Source: Phoronis australis (taxonomy: Eukaryota > Animalia > Phoronida). Taken from it: a stretch of 64,000 bases of DNA. The DNA lies in assembly GCA_002633005.1 (NCBI GenBank), contig NMRA01000087.1, forward strand, positions 821,990 to 885,989, read 5' to 3'. How positions within the stretch are numbered: position 1 is the first letter of the stretch; every line of letters begins with the position of its first letter. Positions 49,701 to 63,000 of this stretch are shown piece after piece. The notes beneath the pieces were generated by a model. The model was not told where the DNA came from and did no database searches. It worked only from the letters and a program-made list of their open reading frames with translations. Made by a program: the position numbers and the translations under genes.

Positions 49701-52700
49701 TCGTGAATAATTTAAAAATAAAAACTGTAGTAAACCCATAAAACTATATATGGTACTTGTTACCTATACCTTTGCATCATGCTGGTTGTTGTACCTTTGA
49801 GAATAAGGAGGGCACCTCGAAATATGTTGGGGAAAATGAAGTTGTGTATTATGTGGCTATTTATTAAATGAAATCATCTGTTCCTAGATTCCTTGATTAT
49901 CAAAAAATCTTATTGTTTGCATGAAAGCAATGCCCAGGTGTTGGTAATCATGTGACTGCGTTTTTATGAAAAAACATCATTTTTCAAGAACATCGCCTAA
50001 TTTTCCACAAGCTCAAATATATATTGTGCACGAAACTTGCAAATTCTGTTTCTTGACTGTCTGGCCTTTTAGCCTGAGAACTCATTGTCAGAAATCAAGA
50101 TTTATGTTTTTTCAAGGAATGTTGCAGACGTGAAGGCTTTAAAGTGAAATCCCAGGCATGATTTTGGTATTGGTGCTAATAATAGAGAAACTCAATATAC
50201 GAGCTTTGTCAGAAAAAAAATGTGTGGAAAATTTGATATCCTTGAATAAATCACATTTTTTAGAAAAAAGTCATGTGATTACGCTTATCTGTATTGAGCG
50301 TTTGAGCCCACGAGATTCTGTAATCATTTAGGAGTTTAGTTTCATGGGTCTATTATTAAAGAGGTATTATTGGTTTTTCGGATGAAAAATGTAATTTTGG
50401 GATTATTGTTGAATGTGATAGACTTCTTAAAGTTATATTACGTTTCACTAGAGCTATAAAACAGCAAAATCCATTGCATTTTTTATTTTATTACAAATCT
50501 TCAATTCTCGTTGTTGTCAGCCAGACATTAACTGAAATCATACCTTAAGAAATTGAGCTTTCAGTGACATTTGATTCCCTGAATATAGCAAGGCTTGGAA
50601 TTTTCCGCGGAAACATGGATTTCCGCTTTTTTCAAATGTTCTGTCCGCGCATTTTATTATATTTCTGCGCAAAAAAATCGGATTTGATGTAAAATTTCCG
50701 CGGCAAATTCCTTTCTTACCGCGGCGTTGCCGAAAAGCGGAAGTTGGTCTTTATGTTTCGGAGGAACGTAAATTGTCAACATTGCCGGGACATCTGGGAT
50801 AGCGTGGTGGGATTTTCAATGACGTCTCGTGTGATTGTAAACCGCGGTGACAAATACTACGGCTCTGCAGCCAAAAATGTGTGGGGGTGGGAGTGGACGG
50901 ACGAGATAAAAAGACGCAGACGCATGCTACTGATGTTGGTAACGTTTTTTTTTAGTCCTCCCGATTTTTGTCGCCGAAAGATTCACATCGACTATTTCAA
51001 GGCTGGGTGGCGCGCATGTTTTGGGCCATAAATGTTTCCGCGTTTTTTGTCATTGGTCATTCCAAGCCCTGATATAGGTATGATTTCTGATTACATTATT
51101 TTCTGTGTGTGGAATGTAAGTTAATATGGGCTCATTGTTCACTTATTCCAGCTGCCTGCGACTAAAACTATACTTCCAAGAGAAAAACCGGTGAGTATTA
51201 TTGAAAAGTACTTTATTGTCTTGAATCCAAAAGTATTGTTTAGTTAAAGCTGCTTTTCACTGTGATGTTTAATTGTTAATTTTTAATTTTTAACCAATTA
51301 AAAGGGCTTTGAGTTTTAAAAACTTAATCACACTCATCCAGTCATGAAGTAGTGCCCTAAAAACTGAAGCATTTTCTTGAGCCATTGATGGTTACGATGT
51401 TCTATTTGGTAATGGAAATAGAATCCTGAGTTTATGGGAGTAAAAATTAATGTCCTAATTTGTTTTTTGTTCTTATCCAGCTAAGAAACGCAACTTGTAA
51501 CACAAAGAGATGAATATGGTCTGACAAATCCAATTGTTCTTATAAAGCATTTTCTTCCGATGTTTAACACAAAACATTAAATCTATTTGCTATGTACAGA
51601 CATGCGTGTCTTCTTGGATTGTTGGGCCTTCAATGTCTTGATTTTTGGGCCCAATGTTGGTTCCATTTCCCTCTGACAAATAGTCATGTGGAATTCCCCT
51701 CATCAAGCCCAAAACCCAAACGAATTCCCTCAAGCTTAGAATCAGTTTTAACTCACTCAGTTCTTCAAAGTGGAGGTGTCTGGGATGAGGGTATTCTCCC
51801 TAACCAGAAAAATTCTCCTCTCATAAGGTATACAGGGCTCGACATAACGAGCTGCAGGTCGCATTTGCCACCTGAAATTTGGAAATGCGAGCTGAGATTT
51901 TTGTCAGCTCGTATAAAGTCGCAAAATGCGACCTGGAATTTCCAACGAATGCGAGCTGAGTTTTTACACTTCTCAACAGATACCCGGCAAATACGAATCA
52001 GGTCTTGTTAATCCGACTGTTATTTGGTTGTTGCCAAATAGAAGTTCAAAAGAACACTAACCGAGAACTGCCCTCCCGATGACTTGTAAGCATGTCGCGT
52101 GAACATGGGATATACAGAATCGATCTTTGACGCGTTTCATTGGCTAACACTTTCGGCCACTTTTGTAAATTCCCGGATTCGCGGAAGAAAGTTTCGGGCC
52201 ACTGCTTAACACGTGATAAAACTTCACAAAACAACGGTGTTTCTATTAATTCTTAAGCGATCAACNAGAATGAACCTCAGCAAGTTACTCATAATTGAAC
52301 TTGACAATTAAAGATGTTTCATGTAGTTGATAGCAAACAATTGAAATTTTGTTTGTATTCTATATTCTTGTGCGAACTCAAAATAAGTGCCAGTTATTCT
52401 GGGTTTGGGTAATAATCGGAGGACCAATTTGATGCCATTATTCAGTGGAGAAAACTGGTTCTCAAAATACGGGACCCCTGGCAGTGATTATTTACCCCAT
52501 GTAGAGAATCGACATTCTTGTTCAGCATCTGGTTTAAGTTTTCACTGTATGTTAAGTATGCTAGTCGTGTACTCAATGGGGGGAATACTTGTTCAACTGA
52601 ATACCTGTTCAACTGAATACTTGTTCAACTGAATACTTGTTCAACTGAATACTTGTTCAACTAACTGCTTTTATTATAGATTCCAAAGGCCAAAGCTGAA

Positions 52701-55700
52701 ACAAAATGGCAGCAGTTTGCAAAGGTGAAGGGTATACAGAATAAGAAAAAGAGTCGCATGGTGTATGATGAAAAATCAAAGGTAAGTACGCTCTAAAGTT
52801 AAATCAATTCAAAATTTATATAAGAAGTACTTTATTTTAAGTATAAACTTGTCAAGTAGTTTTACCGTGCTTGCCGTTAGCAGTCGTTAGCTCAAAAAAA
52901 TGAACTTTTTTTAGATTGAATGAAAATCTTTACTTTACCATTTTAATTGCTGACCACAGTCTTGTCTATGACTATATTTCATTGTCTTCACAATCAAGCT
53001 CAAGTTTTATACTTGGTGATAACTGTGCTAAGCACACGCCACTAGTACTAGTAGATTTTAAGTCATTTGCAACATTAATTTTGACGTTGTGTGTACTCCG
53101 TGATTGACAGTGATTTGAAGTCCACTTTATGCGTACTGTTTGCCAAATCAGTCAAATAACTTACTTAAAGATGTGCCGATTGGTTGAAAAATCCATCAGC
53201 TCAACCTAAATCATTTGTAAATACCAGGCCATTGATAACTTGGCTGATAAAGTATTGTAGGTAGAGTTACATCAGTGTAGATCTGCAGTATTTAGAACTT
53301 GTAGTTATGTATGGGATATGGAGTCAGTTTTGCATCACTTCTATATTAAGACTGAGGAATGGTAGTGGCTAAACACAGAAATCATTTGATGCTATTTTGA
53401 GGAATATGAGTTATGGATAATTTAGATTGACTAGAATTCATATAAAATCCTAAATTGGCAATTATGGTCCGTCAGAATTCGAAAATTAAAGGCATTTGTA
53501 TTGGGAGCAGATCTCATAAAATAATGCAGTATGTCGATGATACAGTCTTAACTCTTAATGGGTCTAGCGACTCTCTGAATGAAACCCTGAATCTTTTAGA
53601 CCAATTTTTCAAGTTCTCTGGACTAAAACCTAATTTAGAAAAAACCGAATGTGTATGGATAGGGTCTATGAAATACAGTGACATAAGGTTATGGCCTGAG
53701 AGAGAGCTACTTTGGAGAAAAAAATATTTCACCACACTTGGTATTAAATTTAGTCTTGAGCTGCCTGAAATAACCACATTAAATTATGAAGAAAAGATCA
53801 GTGAAATTGAAGGTGGTCTCAGGACGTGCGCCAAAAGAATTTTGACTCCCCTGGGAAAAATAACTGTCATGTTGTGTGTTCCTTTTGGTCGGCATTATTC
53901 CGATGGATCAACCAAAAAGTAAATATAACCTTAAATCCTGCCATCATCGATATTCTTTTTGGTAAGCATTCTGAATCAAAAGTAATAAATCTAGTATTGA
54001 TATTGGGTAAATATCATATATACCGTCGTAGGTTAGAAAAACTCTTGCCCTGTATTGAACATCTCAAGGCAGAGATATAGGAATACTTCAAAATTGAAAA
54101 ATACATTTTTGCCAAAAATTGTGAACTTTTGGAATTTCATAAGAGATGGTCTATGGTTCTTTTGTTTCGTTGACTGAGGTTACAACTAAGATTTAGGCCC
54201 CCGAAGTGAATGAGTGTATGAATGTGTATATTCCCTTCAAATTTAGTATATGTCTCATGCTACTTATGACTGAATAAATGTTCTCATGCAAAAAAAATCC
54301 TTAATTGCGACGTTTCACGTTAAATGTACATCATTTCTATTGTCTTACTTTATTAGAACTACAAGCCTCTGTGGGGCTACAAGAGAGCTAATGATGAAAC
54401 GAAAGAGTGGGTGCTAGAGGTACCCCAGAATGCCGACCCATACGAGGACCAGTTTGAGAAGAGGACGAAGGCCAAGCAGGAACGTGTGGCCAAGAATGAG
54501 CTGCAAAGGCTGAGGAACATAGCACGGTCTCAGAAGAGCAAAGGTAGGCTGCACAGGGAAATGTTGTGGGTTGTGTTTGTATTTTGCACCGTTTTCACAC
54601 GAGGCCCCTTGATCCACTCGTTCTAAGTTCACGGCATTTCACGTACTGGAATGAAGGACCGGGACCCGGGACCACAAGGTGATACAATATGTGCAGTTTG
54701 CATTTAAACCTTGGATTTGAAGCCAGACCTTACAAGTGAGAATTCACAGCACAAATCAATGGGCTGTCCTTCATAAGGGCATTGGGCGCTAAAGGTGTTG
54801 TGGTGTGGTGTGCAGGAACTGAATGAGATGTTGATGGTGGGAAGCAGTTATGATATCTGGAATACACATCTCCAATGCAAATAGAGGACATTTGGGAATG
54901 TTTGACATGCCCTTTTATCTGCTTTTGGGATCCCCTTATTGCAAAGTACTGTTGTAACACATGAAGTAATGAAGATTCAGTCATGAAGGTGTTCTTTCGT
55001 AGTTCCTGGGGTAGGTCTGACCCCTGTAGAGAACCCGTCCAAGGACCGTATCAGTAAAGCTCTGGTGGTGGCCAAGAAGTCCACGGCGTCCATCGGGAAA
55101 TTCACTGAGAAATTGCCTAAGGAGAAACCAACAAAACACACAGGAAAGAAACGAAAGGTAATCACGATGGTGGCCTGTTTTTTTTTACAAAACTTCTGTC
55201 TTTATTCAAATGTGCACTAGAGGTGACAGCACTGTGCTTTATGCAACACTGAAAACAAACTATTTAAGTTTTTGTGCATTCATATTGTTTTTAGCATGAT
55301 AATTTACTACAACAAGGAGTGGTTCCTTAAACATTTCTACCAATGTTAGTTTTTATTTACAACATATGCGTGCACTTGCATTAACTGAACCATTTGCTCG
55401 ACTGTTTCAGTTTGAACCAAATGCAGAGAATTTGAGCAACGAGAAGACGAAACAACTGGAAATATTTAAAAATATCAACAACAAGAAACCCAAGTTAGAT
55501 ATTAATAGGGCTGTCAACCTTCACGAGAATGAAGAGCAGGAGAAAAGGTATTGTAGATTTCTTGTTGGAACTTAACATTGAGTGCTGGATGAATTTGTTT
55601 TAGGAGTTTGCTATATAGATTACTTCCCCTTTATCCATACAAGAAAGTAGTTCATTCTTGTACTATTCTGCACGTTGCGGTAATTAATAAGTATCCTATG

Positions 55701-56165
55701 TAAATGCTTGAAAGTTTTGTTACATAAAACCACATTTCCTCTCGCTTAGTTGACCAAACACCAAATCAATATTAGACCACTTACCCCTACAACATCGGCT
55801 TATCCGTACAGCAATAAGACTTTATTTTCATTGCCGCTAACAACATTCAGAGCATTTAGAGTCAAAAAGATGTTCCAGGAAAATACGGGTGGTTAGCCCT
55901 TCCGTTGTTATTGCTTCATATCAGTCGAGGTTGAAAGTCGAAACCAATGCTTTAGGACGAGGACATTTTTATGTCAAATGTGATTAGCTTAATTAGCATG
56001 TTTTAGCAGCTGGTTGAGAGGAAGTGCAAGTTTGATTGTTTCATTAAATAATGCATTTTCTTTAGACGGAGACAAAAAGGAGGCAAGACAGATAAAAAGT
56101 CCAGTAAAAGTGGTGCTAAAGGAAGATCAAAAGGCAAGGGCAAGGGCAAAGGTCGCAGGAAATAG
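43716..56165 (+). CDS. RRS1: Ribosome biogenesis regulatory protein RRS1, ~327 aa, 8 coding exons
   Basis: Exons 43716-43867 (FDEGNLLATD), 47122-47233 or its duplicate 49427-49538 (LARDNTQLLINAIWKLP), 51152-51190 (LPREKP), 52680-52781 (TKWQQFAKVKGIQNKKK), 54357-54543 (WGYKRAND..KNELQRLRN), 55003-55157 (STASIGKF), 55411-55547, 56066-56165 (K/G-rich tail, TAG). 984 nt in frame. Confidence 0.95.
43965..44074. repeat. ~110-nt foldback inverted repeat in RRS1 intron 1
   Basis: AGTCGGATATAATGGACCCTGATTTAGAGAACCA / TGGTTCTCTAAGTCAGGGTCCATTATATCTGACT, plus an inner ACTAAATAAC / GTTATTTAGT pair. Confidence 0.9.
44718..46402. mobile_element. Non-autonomous Tc1/mariner-superfamily (pogo/Tigger-like) element, broken by the N at 46323; right end repeated at ~48631-48709
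   Basis: TIRs TACCGTAAACATTCGGGATAATGCC / GGCATTAACCCGAACGTTTACGGTA with TA ends; GGGCGGTTAA subterminal repeats; no transposase ORF. Confidence 0.75.
46324..50876. repeat. Near-identical 2.25-kb tandem duplicate (46324-48574 vs 48631-50876) including RRS1 exon 2; probable allelic assembly duplication
   Basis: Scattered substitutions and small indels; copy 1 is bounded by single Ns at 46323 and 48575, both inside transposons. Confidence 0.9.
47369..48245. mobile_element. Possible Kolobok-like element with TTAA ends, repeated in the second copy
   Basis: TTAAGGTTTG...CATACCTTAA, with internal inverted segments GTAATCACGTG / CATGTGATTAC. Confidence 0.45.
50589..51071. mobile_element. MITE with a 6-bp flanking direct repeat
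   Basis: TIRs CAAGGCTTGGAAT / ATTCCAAGCCCTG flanked by ATATAG (50583-50588 and 51072-51077). The same terminus occurs at ~5002-5014, and a truncated copy at ~48286-48574. Confidence 0.8.
51833..52265. mobile_element. Left end of a hAT-like non-autonomous element, cut by an N
   Basis: CAGGGCTCGACATAAC terminus with ATGCGAGCTG / ATGCGACCTG subterminal repeats. Confidence 0.55.
52583..52662. repeat. Minisatellite, 16-nt unit GAATACTTGTTCAACT x5
   Basis: Five copies, one with a substitution, ending at the branch-point-like CTAAC before RRS1 exon 4. Confidence 0.95.
53458..54293 (+). mobile_element. 5'-truncated, internally deleted L1/Tx1-like LINE
   Basis: RT motifs IKGI..QYVDDT..FSGLKPNLEKT..LGI, then a C-terminal ORF2-like segment in another frame (ILFG..NLVLILGKYHIY). 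AATAAA at 54273-54278, short A tail, TSD AAAATCCT(A/T)AATTG at 53444-53457 and 54294-54307. Confidence 0.88.
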
Positions 56166-56763
56166 CATAGGTGTGACAGTTTATTGCGGAACTGTTCAAA
56201 TTGAGGAATCACTTTGGACAATTACAGTGGCGTTGTCATATCATTTTTAAGCCTCGACAAAGTCATGGGATTGATTTAACTTATCAAATGAGCAAGCCGA
56301 GGAGGAATTTTTCAAAACGAGCTAGCCACATGAAAATGAGGTTTGGAAACGTATTTTCAACATTGACCTTTTCATGGATGTCGAGAGATGTCATATACCC
56401 TAAGGATTGTGGGATAGCACTCATCCCAAACAGTACCACCAGCAGACACAATATATGATATGTAGGATAACTTGATTTTAGTAGTATTTCTAGCAGCGGT
56501 AAGTTCAGTTTATCAGATACGAGGAAACAAATCAACTGCCAGTTTACGGGGCATACAGCAGTGTGCTCGACACTCTCTGGATTCTAGATCAGAGAAGATG
56601 TATCCCACAAATTTATGCTCTCTAGATGTGCGTGCATCAGTTTTTGTTCTCCTTAAAAAGGTCATTGTTCTGAGGAGGAAGACTGGAGGTAGTCCAAATG
56701 ATTCCAAGCCACGTACAGCAATGCATGAATTTGGCATTTTATTACCATGTTGAATTTGTAAAT

Positions 56764-56858
56764 GTATGTGATAATACTATGAACTAAATGGAGGTATGTG
56801 ACAATACTATGAACTAAATGGAGGTATGTGACAATACTATGAACTAAATGGAGGTATG
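56764..56858. repeat. Minisatellite, 30-nt unit x3, downstream of the RRS1 stop
   Basis: GTATGTGA(C/T)AATACTATGAACTAAATGGAG x3. Confidence 0.95.
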
Positions 56859-56915
56859 GAGTGGGATGATAATGCTGAATGAAGATATGGGCCGGGATAA
56901 AACTGGCAAGAATAT

Positions 56916-56921
56916 AATAAA
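56916..56921 (+). terminator. Candidate RRS1 poly(A) signal
   Basis: AATAAA 750 nt after the stop, with GT-rich sequence downstream. Confidence 0.55.
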
Positions 56922-58185
56922 TATTGGAAACATATCTTAGTTATAATCAGAGTATGAACCCGTGGGTGATTTTGCATTTGATGTGTTTTTGACACGTGTT
57001 GCCAGTTTCAACCTATCCCCATTTCGTTTCATTGAAATTTTAAAACAAAATTGAACATGGTTAGAACAGTTTTGGGTGTGACAGGGCCCTAAAAAGATAA
57101 ATTTTGCAATTTATTAGAACTGGGTGGGGGGGCTACATGCGAACCAGTTTGACGTCTGTTATCCAGGAGGCAACTGGTTCTCAGAATGCAGAACCCATAT
57201 CTGCTACTACTAAAATTCACTACAACGGTAGAGTCATGAATTGAGTTTCACAGAATAGGGCCATCCTGAATTAAACAGCGATACTCTAATTTCACTGTAT
57301 TTACCTACAATGCTGCAATATCCATTGGACATTTTTTTATTTCACTCAATTGGAATTGCACATGTTTTTTGTTGTTTTTAAATGTTTTTCTTGGCTACAT
57401 TACTCTTATTTGTCCTTCCAATGCCAGAATTACTGCTGTGATATGGGCTGCAACTCAAACGGGAGAAAGTTGGATTAACTTGTCAAATATGCATAGATGC
57501 GAGATGTTAAGGTCGTCCCTTTCCGACATCAATCAAAGCCAAGAAAATGCAAAGCGAGTGGATGAAGCTAGTTTTTTTGGATTAATTGTTAACCAAACAG
57601 AATCCCTTTCTTGAAGATACTTTTCAATTCTGATACTTTTTCAGTGGTTGAAACTGGTAATATTTCCATGCCATACACCTCAACGGTTTCCGACATGACT
57701 TGTGAAATTGTGCCAGACGTTCCAAAACTAGGTCAGTGAAAATAACGCGCTTTCTTACTTCCAGGCAAAGGAGATTTCTATTGCTGTGTAATCTGGGATG
57801 GCCCTATGAAGGTATAGCTCATGCCTTGCAACACAATTTGATGGATTGTGTTTTACAAAGCATTGAATGTTTGCATAAAGCAACAATCCAGTATTACGAA
57901 GTGAACAACAACAAAGTCAATGGAATTACTTTAATCGTAAGTCACGCACAAACTTAATAAACGAATGGATAGTAATTGTCTTGGGTACTCTGCAGAATCT
58001 AATATTCATTTCATTTCTGTATATACGCAGGGAGAAAAATGGAATGTTTTCCTACTTATTGATTGTTGGGCAAGGTGTCCGAGACAACTATAGTGATAAT
58101 GGTACAATCTTCATGAAGTAAAAACATATGATGCATTACTTTGGTGAGCAAAAAATGGACAACTTCGGAGTAAGGTGAATGAAGC

Positions 58186-58642
58186 GGTTTAAGGTTATGG
58201 AGGATTTTAGAAAAATCTTCAGATTATAACTCGGACATGGTTAATCGGATTTGTATGAGTTTCAGTTAAAGTGCTCTTCAGAATGCTGTACAGAATTGTT
58301 TTTAAAATGTTCCTCTTTTGTATGAGGGGCAATTAAAAAACGGGATTTCCAAAACTTGCAGAAAATGAAATGGTTTCATCTTGAACATGGACCTCAAATA
58401 AAATTTAGTCAATGTTATTGATACTGTTGTGTTGCTATCAATGTAGCTTTTTTTTTGCTACATTTCACTGAAAAAGACACGGTTAACTGACCCAATTAAT
58501 GATAGATTGGTAAAAAGTCAAAAATTCTACAGGATTTCTTTATTCAGGAAATATGTACTTTTAGCGAGTTAAAATCTATAGTTTTGAACATATTTGGCTC
58601 AACACACAGTCTTATAAATAAAATCATCCATAACCTTAAACC
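58186..58642. mobile_element. MITE-like element
   Basis: GGTTTAAGGTTATGGA / TCCATAACCTTAAACC inverted pair. Confidence 0.6.
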
Positions 58643-60093
58643 AAAAATAACAGCTCATTTCTGACCATGGTATAACCCAAAAAAACAAAAAGCGTTGACT
58701 ATCCTTACTACACTACTCTTGCCGAATGTCCATATTTCAGAAACCACTGAGGCCACGATTGTGTAAAACTGACTCATCAGTGTGTTTCTCACCGTTTCGT
58801 GCACAAATGTACCATTGAACAGCGGTCGTCGCTTAACTGGTGACGGTCGGGGAAAACTTGCCAACAGAAATTTTGTAAAAATCCAACAATAAGGGTTGAA
58901 GGTAATACATCAAACGGTGAGTTTGTACAGTCCAATAAATAATTTTCCAATAACACATCACAAGGAAACAATTTCCACTTACAGTTTGATCAAACATGTC
59001 ATCACAGTGCAGTCACACAATAGTGAACGCTGGCCATTTCACATGAACACTGGCGTCAATAATAGGACTTTCAACAACACCAGTGTATGTTAAGCCAACA
59101 CCTGAACACTTAAGTACCCCAAATATAAATATATAACGACTTATTTATACAACGTCTGTTTGTGCATAGCTAACCCTTAAGTAAGAATTGCTTTACAATG
59201 AAGAATTCAATAAATTAAATCACAGGGCTAGTTCGCAGTTACGTCTGCTGAAATTAGCACATTTCATAAGCCAAATTTTAACTGGTGACATTCCTCCACG
59301 TTTTTTCCATCTTGAAGAGTTGCAATGACATTTCATGTGAACAACACTTCGTGTGAACAGATTGCATAGCGAACATGCAGCACTGATCAGGTCAATGTCA
59401 AAATCACTTAAGAGAGTCCTGACGTGATCCTGAATGACGTGAAAAAACGAGAGGTAAAACTGAATGGTGGTGAACGAAAATTCAATTGTTCATGCTGACA
59501 AATTTACTTTTGATCACTGCTCCTTTGAAGTTCAGAATGCAATCTGGTCCTAGGCTACGTTTATGGTTACATGCGAGATGAATGTGCACACCTCAAGAAT
59601 CCCGTGTCACATTCCTTTCGTTTAATGATTAACCTTCAACGGTCACAGATACAGTAAAATTGTTTGAATTGATTGTTAAGCAAAAAGAACATACCAGGGA
59701 CATTTTCCATAGATACAAGAAGACACTCGTAGGTGTGATCACCAGCTTCACTGCCGCAACTCATTAATAAAAGCTCACATTGAAGCCTCTCTCCACTGAA
59801 AATAAGCCTAGATACTAAACCCATTCCTTAGAGCACAAACAACAAAAATCACAGTATTCACCCTCAAAATATTTATATACACACAATGCCAACTGAATTA
59901 ATGACCGATGCTTAATGGATATATAATGACTAGGATTAAATGAAACCCTGAATAAATCAGGTAAAATGAAGTTCAAGAAAATCTTTGAAAGCTGTGCAGC
60001 ACTGACAGTTAATGATTTTTACACGTGGATGTAAAACTTCCTTGAATTCCATCTCTACTACAATGATGACGATGACATAAAACTGACTGTCCA

Positions 60094-63000
60094 TCAGCTG
60101 GGAGTCTCCAAGCTCTCGTGCTCCAGTTCTGGAAACAATTCCTTCAGCAAGATGTCTAAGAATGTGTACATCAACTGAAATGAAACAGAATTTCATAATG
60201 TTTAGTCAATGCTAAAATCTGCCGTTGACTGTTTTTTACAAAACTATTATCTTTTTACCATATTTATCCGATTTTCACACCCAATAGTTTTTCCACACAA
60301 ATAACATTTACTTAATCAGAGACTTTCAGTTAGCAATAACAGTAGATCACGAGGGACCGGTTACTCTATCTCCACCTGGTTGTACCAGAAGGTACTTTTT
60401 TGCAGTGGGTGGCATAGGAGAACGTGTTGACTTCATGAAAACACCCTTTTGCAGTGAATGATTCGACATGGTGCATTTTAAACAAACTGGAATTGCAATT
60501 TCTCTGGTCACGAATTCCTTTTGTTACAAAGATATTCAATTTATAATTATACTTTTTAGTGCCATTATTCTTCACTTATTTAGCAAACAATATGGCCAAC
60601 AAGTGAATTTTTTCTCAAATTTCTCTACAAAGATAAAGTCTAAGAAAATTTTAGTCTATCATTGGCATGGTTTGAACTGTATGGATGTCGTCGTAAAACA
60701 ACTTTTGTCAAATTTTCCATTATTTGCAGTAAAAGTAATCTGCTTTAGAAAGATGGAAAAACAAATAGTTTTGTGCGAAGTGGAGACTTATATTTTTATT
60801 GAAATGAGAGCAAAAGAAACTGGCGAAACAAGAAATGCAAAAAATTTCCACAATACTTTTTATGATTTAAAATGCCACAAGGGTGTTAACAAATAGTGTG
60901 TTATTTAGTCCATTTAATCCCAACAATAAAGAGAGATGAGAGTTATAAACATAGAATAAATCATGCACAATGTAAAACAGATGGCATTTAATCCTTCACT
61001 GGGGGCATATGTTATACTATATTCTTCCATATTCACTTCCGCTTCACCAACCTGTTTGTTTAATTTCGGTTGCTGGACAATATCAAACAGTTCACTTGTG
61101 CCCTTGACATGCTCCTCTGGGCCGACAACTTTCTGGATTGGGCCTGAAATAACGTGTGCAATAATAGCTTAGTAATAGCTATACTAATAGTAATAGATTA
61201 TGGAACTAATACTGGTATTGGTATTAGTATCCAGTGGCAATAAAACTATGGCCATTCATTCATACTAATAATGAATAAAAAATATGAATCCTTTCAAAAA
61301 TTCTTCCGGACAACTGTTGATTTCTTACTGTTGCTGTGGGGGCAACCTGCACTCTTAGACAGGGTATAACTTAAATAAGCCTGAACCCAACCATATACAG
61401 ATTAGAACACAATAATGGCTTCACAACATATCATCAGGAATGACATCTATTACACACGTCCATGTGACAAAGACCATTTTTCAAGTTTATCTCAAACACC
61501 AAGTTGAAGGAAGCAGGTTGACCCAGTAATAAATCAACAAAATATTTACAATTTTATTTTACTATTAAATGGCAATATTCACATTTATTTTGATAACATC
61601 ACTACTCGACGACTTCGCTTATGCAAACACAATGAACACGGAGTATAAAAAAATGTTAATAACAGGTTAATGCCATTTGACAAGGCACAAGATATGGCTA
61701 TTTTAAATTTGTGGGGGAACAACTAAGAAGCAAAGATGCCTAGGTTCTCGTGGGCCAGGACCAGTGTACTTCTGCAAAAGATGGGCTCAGATTCCACATG
61801 TGAGTAGCAACATTGAAGAAAAGTTTCATTTTCCATCATCGTTACTTAAATAGCCAAGTAGCCCACGTAATGTTTCCTTACTTAAATAGACAAGTACACT
61901 CTGAGATATTTCCTTACTTAAATAGTTGAGTAGCCCCTGGAATGTTTCTCTCTTCCTCTGTTTCCTCTCTTCAGGTGTTCTACAAAAATGAAATGATCGA
62001 CATTTGGTTGCATTCACAGTAATTGTACAGTTGTGTTCTTGATGGAGTAGGGAGTTTTGGCCCAAATTATGGACACAAAAGGAGTGTGCATATAATGTAA
62101 GGAAGGCTAGTTATGAATGGTATAACAATGAACTGTTGACCTACTTTTAAGCCTCGACTGGGGAAGCTTACGACATTGAAACGTTTTAGTGATAATTAAG
62201 TTAATTATGCACTGCAAATTCAGTTGAAATTGCGAGTGAATGTTGAAATAGTGAACATGGTAAAGGCATGTATAGATTATATTGAGCAAAAACAAGTTTT
62301 CACCAAATAATTAACCGAAGACCTTCAGATTTTCACGTCTCACAACTTAATCAGCTTTTTCTTGGCTTCGGCACATCGACTTCATTTGAACTTAGGAACA
62401 CAAGTTCTTGAAAACGGCTTGGTGGATTTCGCTGAAACTTTGCTAACTTGATATTTAATTATCAATCTCGACGGATACAACCGCTATTCTTTTCCAAAAA
62501 TACCTTATGCTTTGCACGTTGATTTGTCATAGAAACCAAACTAAAAGACTAATCGAAAATTCCTAAAAGAATTTTTGAGATATCAGGTGAAGTTTTCATT
62601 TAAAAAAGGTTTCATTAAAATCAATTGAGGAGTTATTTTGCTATGAATGTACCTTTCGTAAAGATGAAATTTTGACTTAAAAAGATATCAACGTAATAAT
62701 AATAATAATGGCACTTCAATAAAAATATATTTTTATAATTCCTGATCTTTTTCTTTCAGAAAAATATGGTTTTACTAGTTGGCAAAGCCTGGTTTCTGAT
62801 ATAAGAGTTAGAATGGAGGCCACTAAATAAGGTTTGAGATAACCCTAAGTGTTGCGAAAAAAATCAACAATGACAACCATGTTCTTCAAACATGTGACAC
62901 ACCAGTAATATGATCAATAGCTCCTTCACTCTGTCCTACCTTGGTGGATCATTATCAAAGAACAGAACGTCCCTCAACAGATGTATCATTCCCTCTATGC

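Noticed and set aside
46324-50876. Duplicated RRS1 exon 2 (47122-47233 and 49427-49538) as a second mutually exclusive exon pair
   Set aside because: The exons encode the same peptide (one synonymous change seen) and the flanking introns differ only at allele-like levels. Copy 1 is bounded by Ns inside repeats, so this is best read as two haplotypes assembled in tandem. Half read depth over both copies would confirm it.
52583-52662. CRISPR-like arrays here, at 883-968 and at 56764-56858
   Set aside because: Head-to-tail repeats with no unique spacers, in eukaryotic DNA with no cas genes
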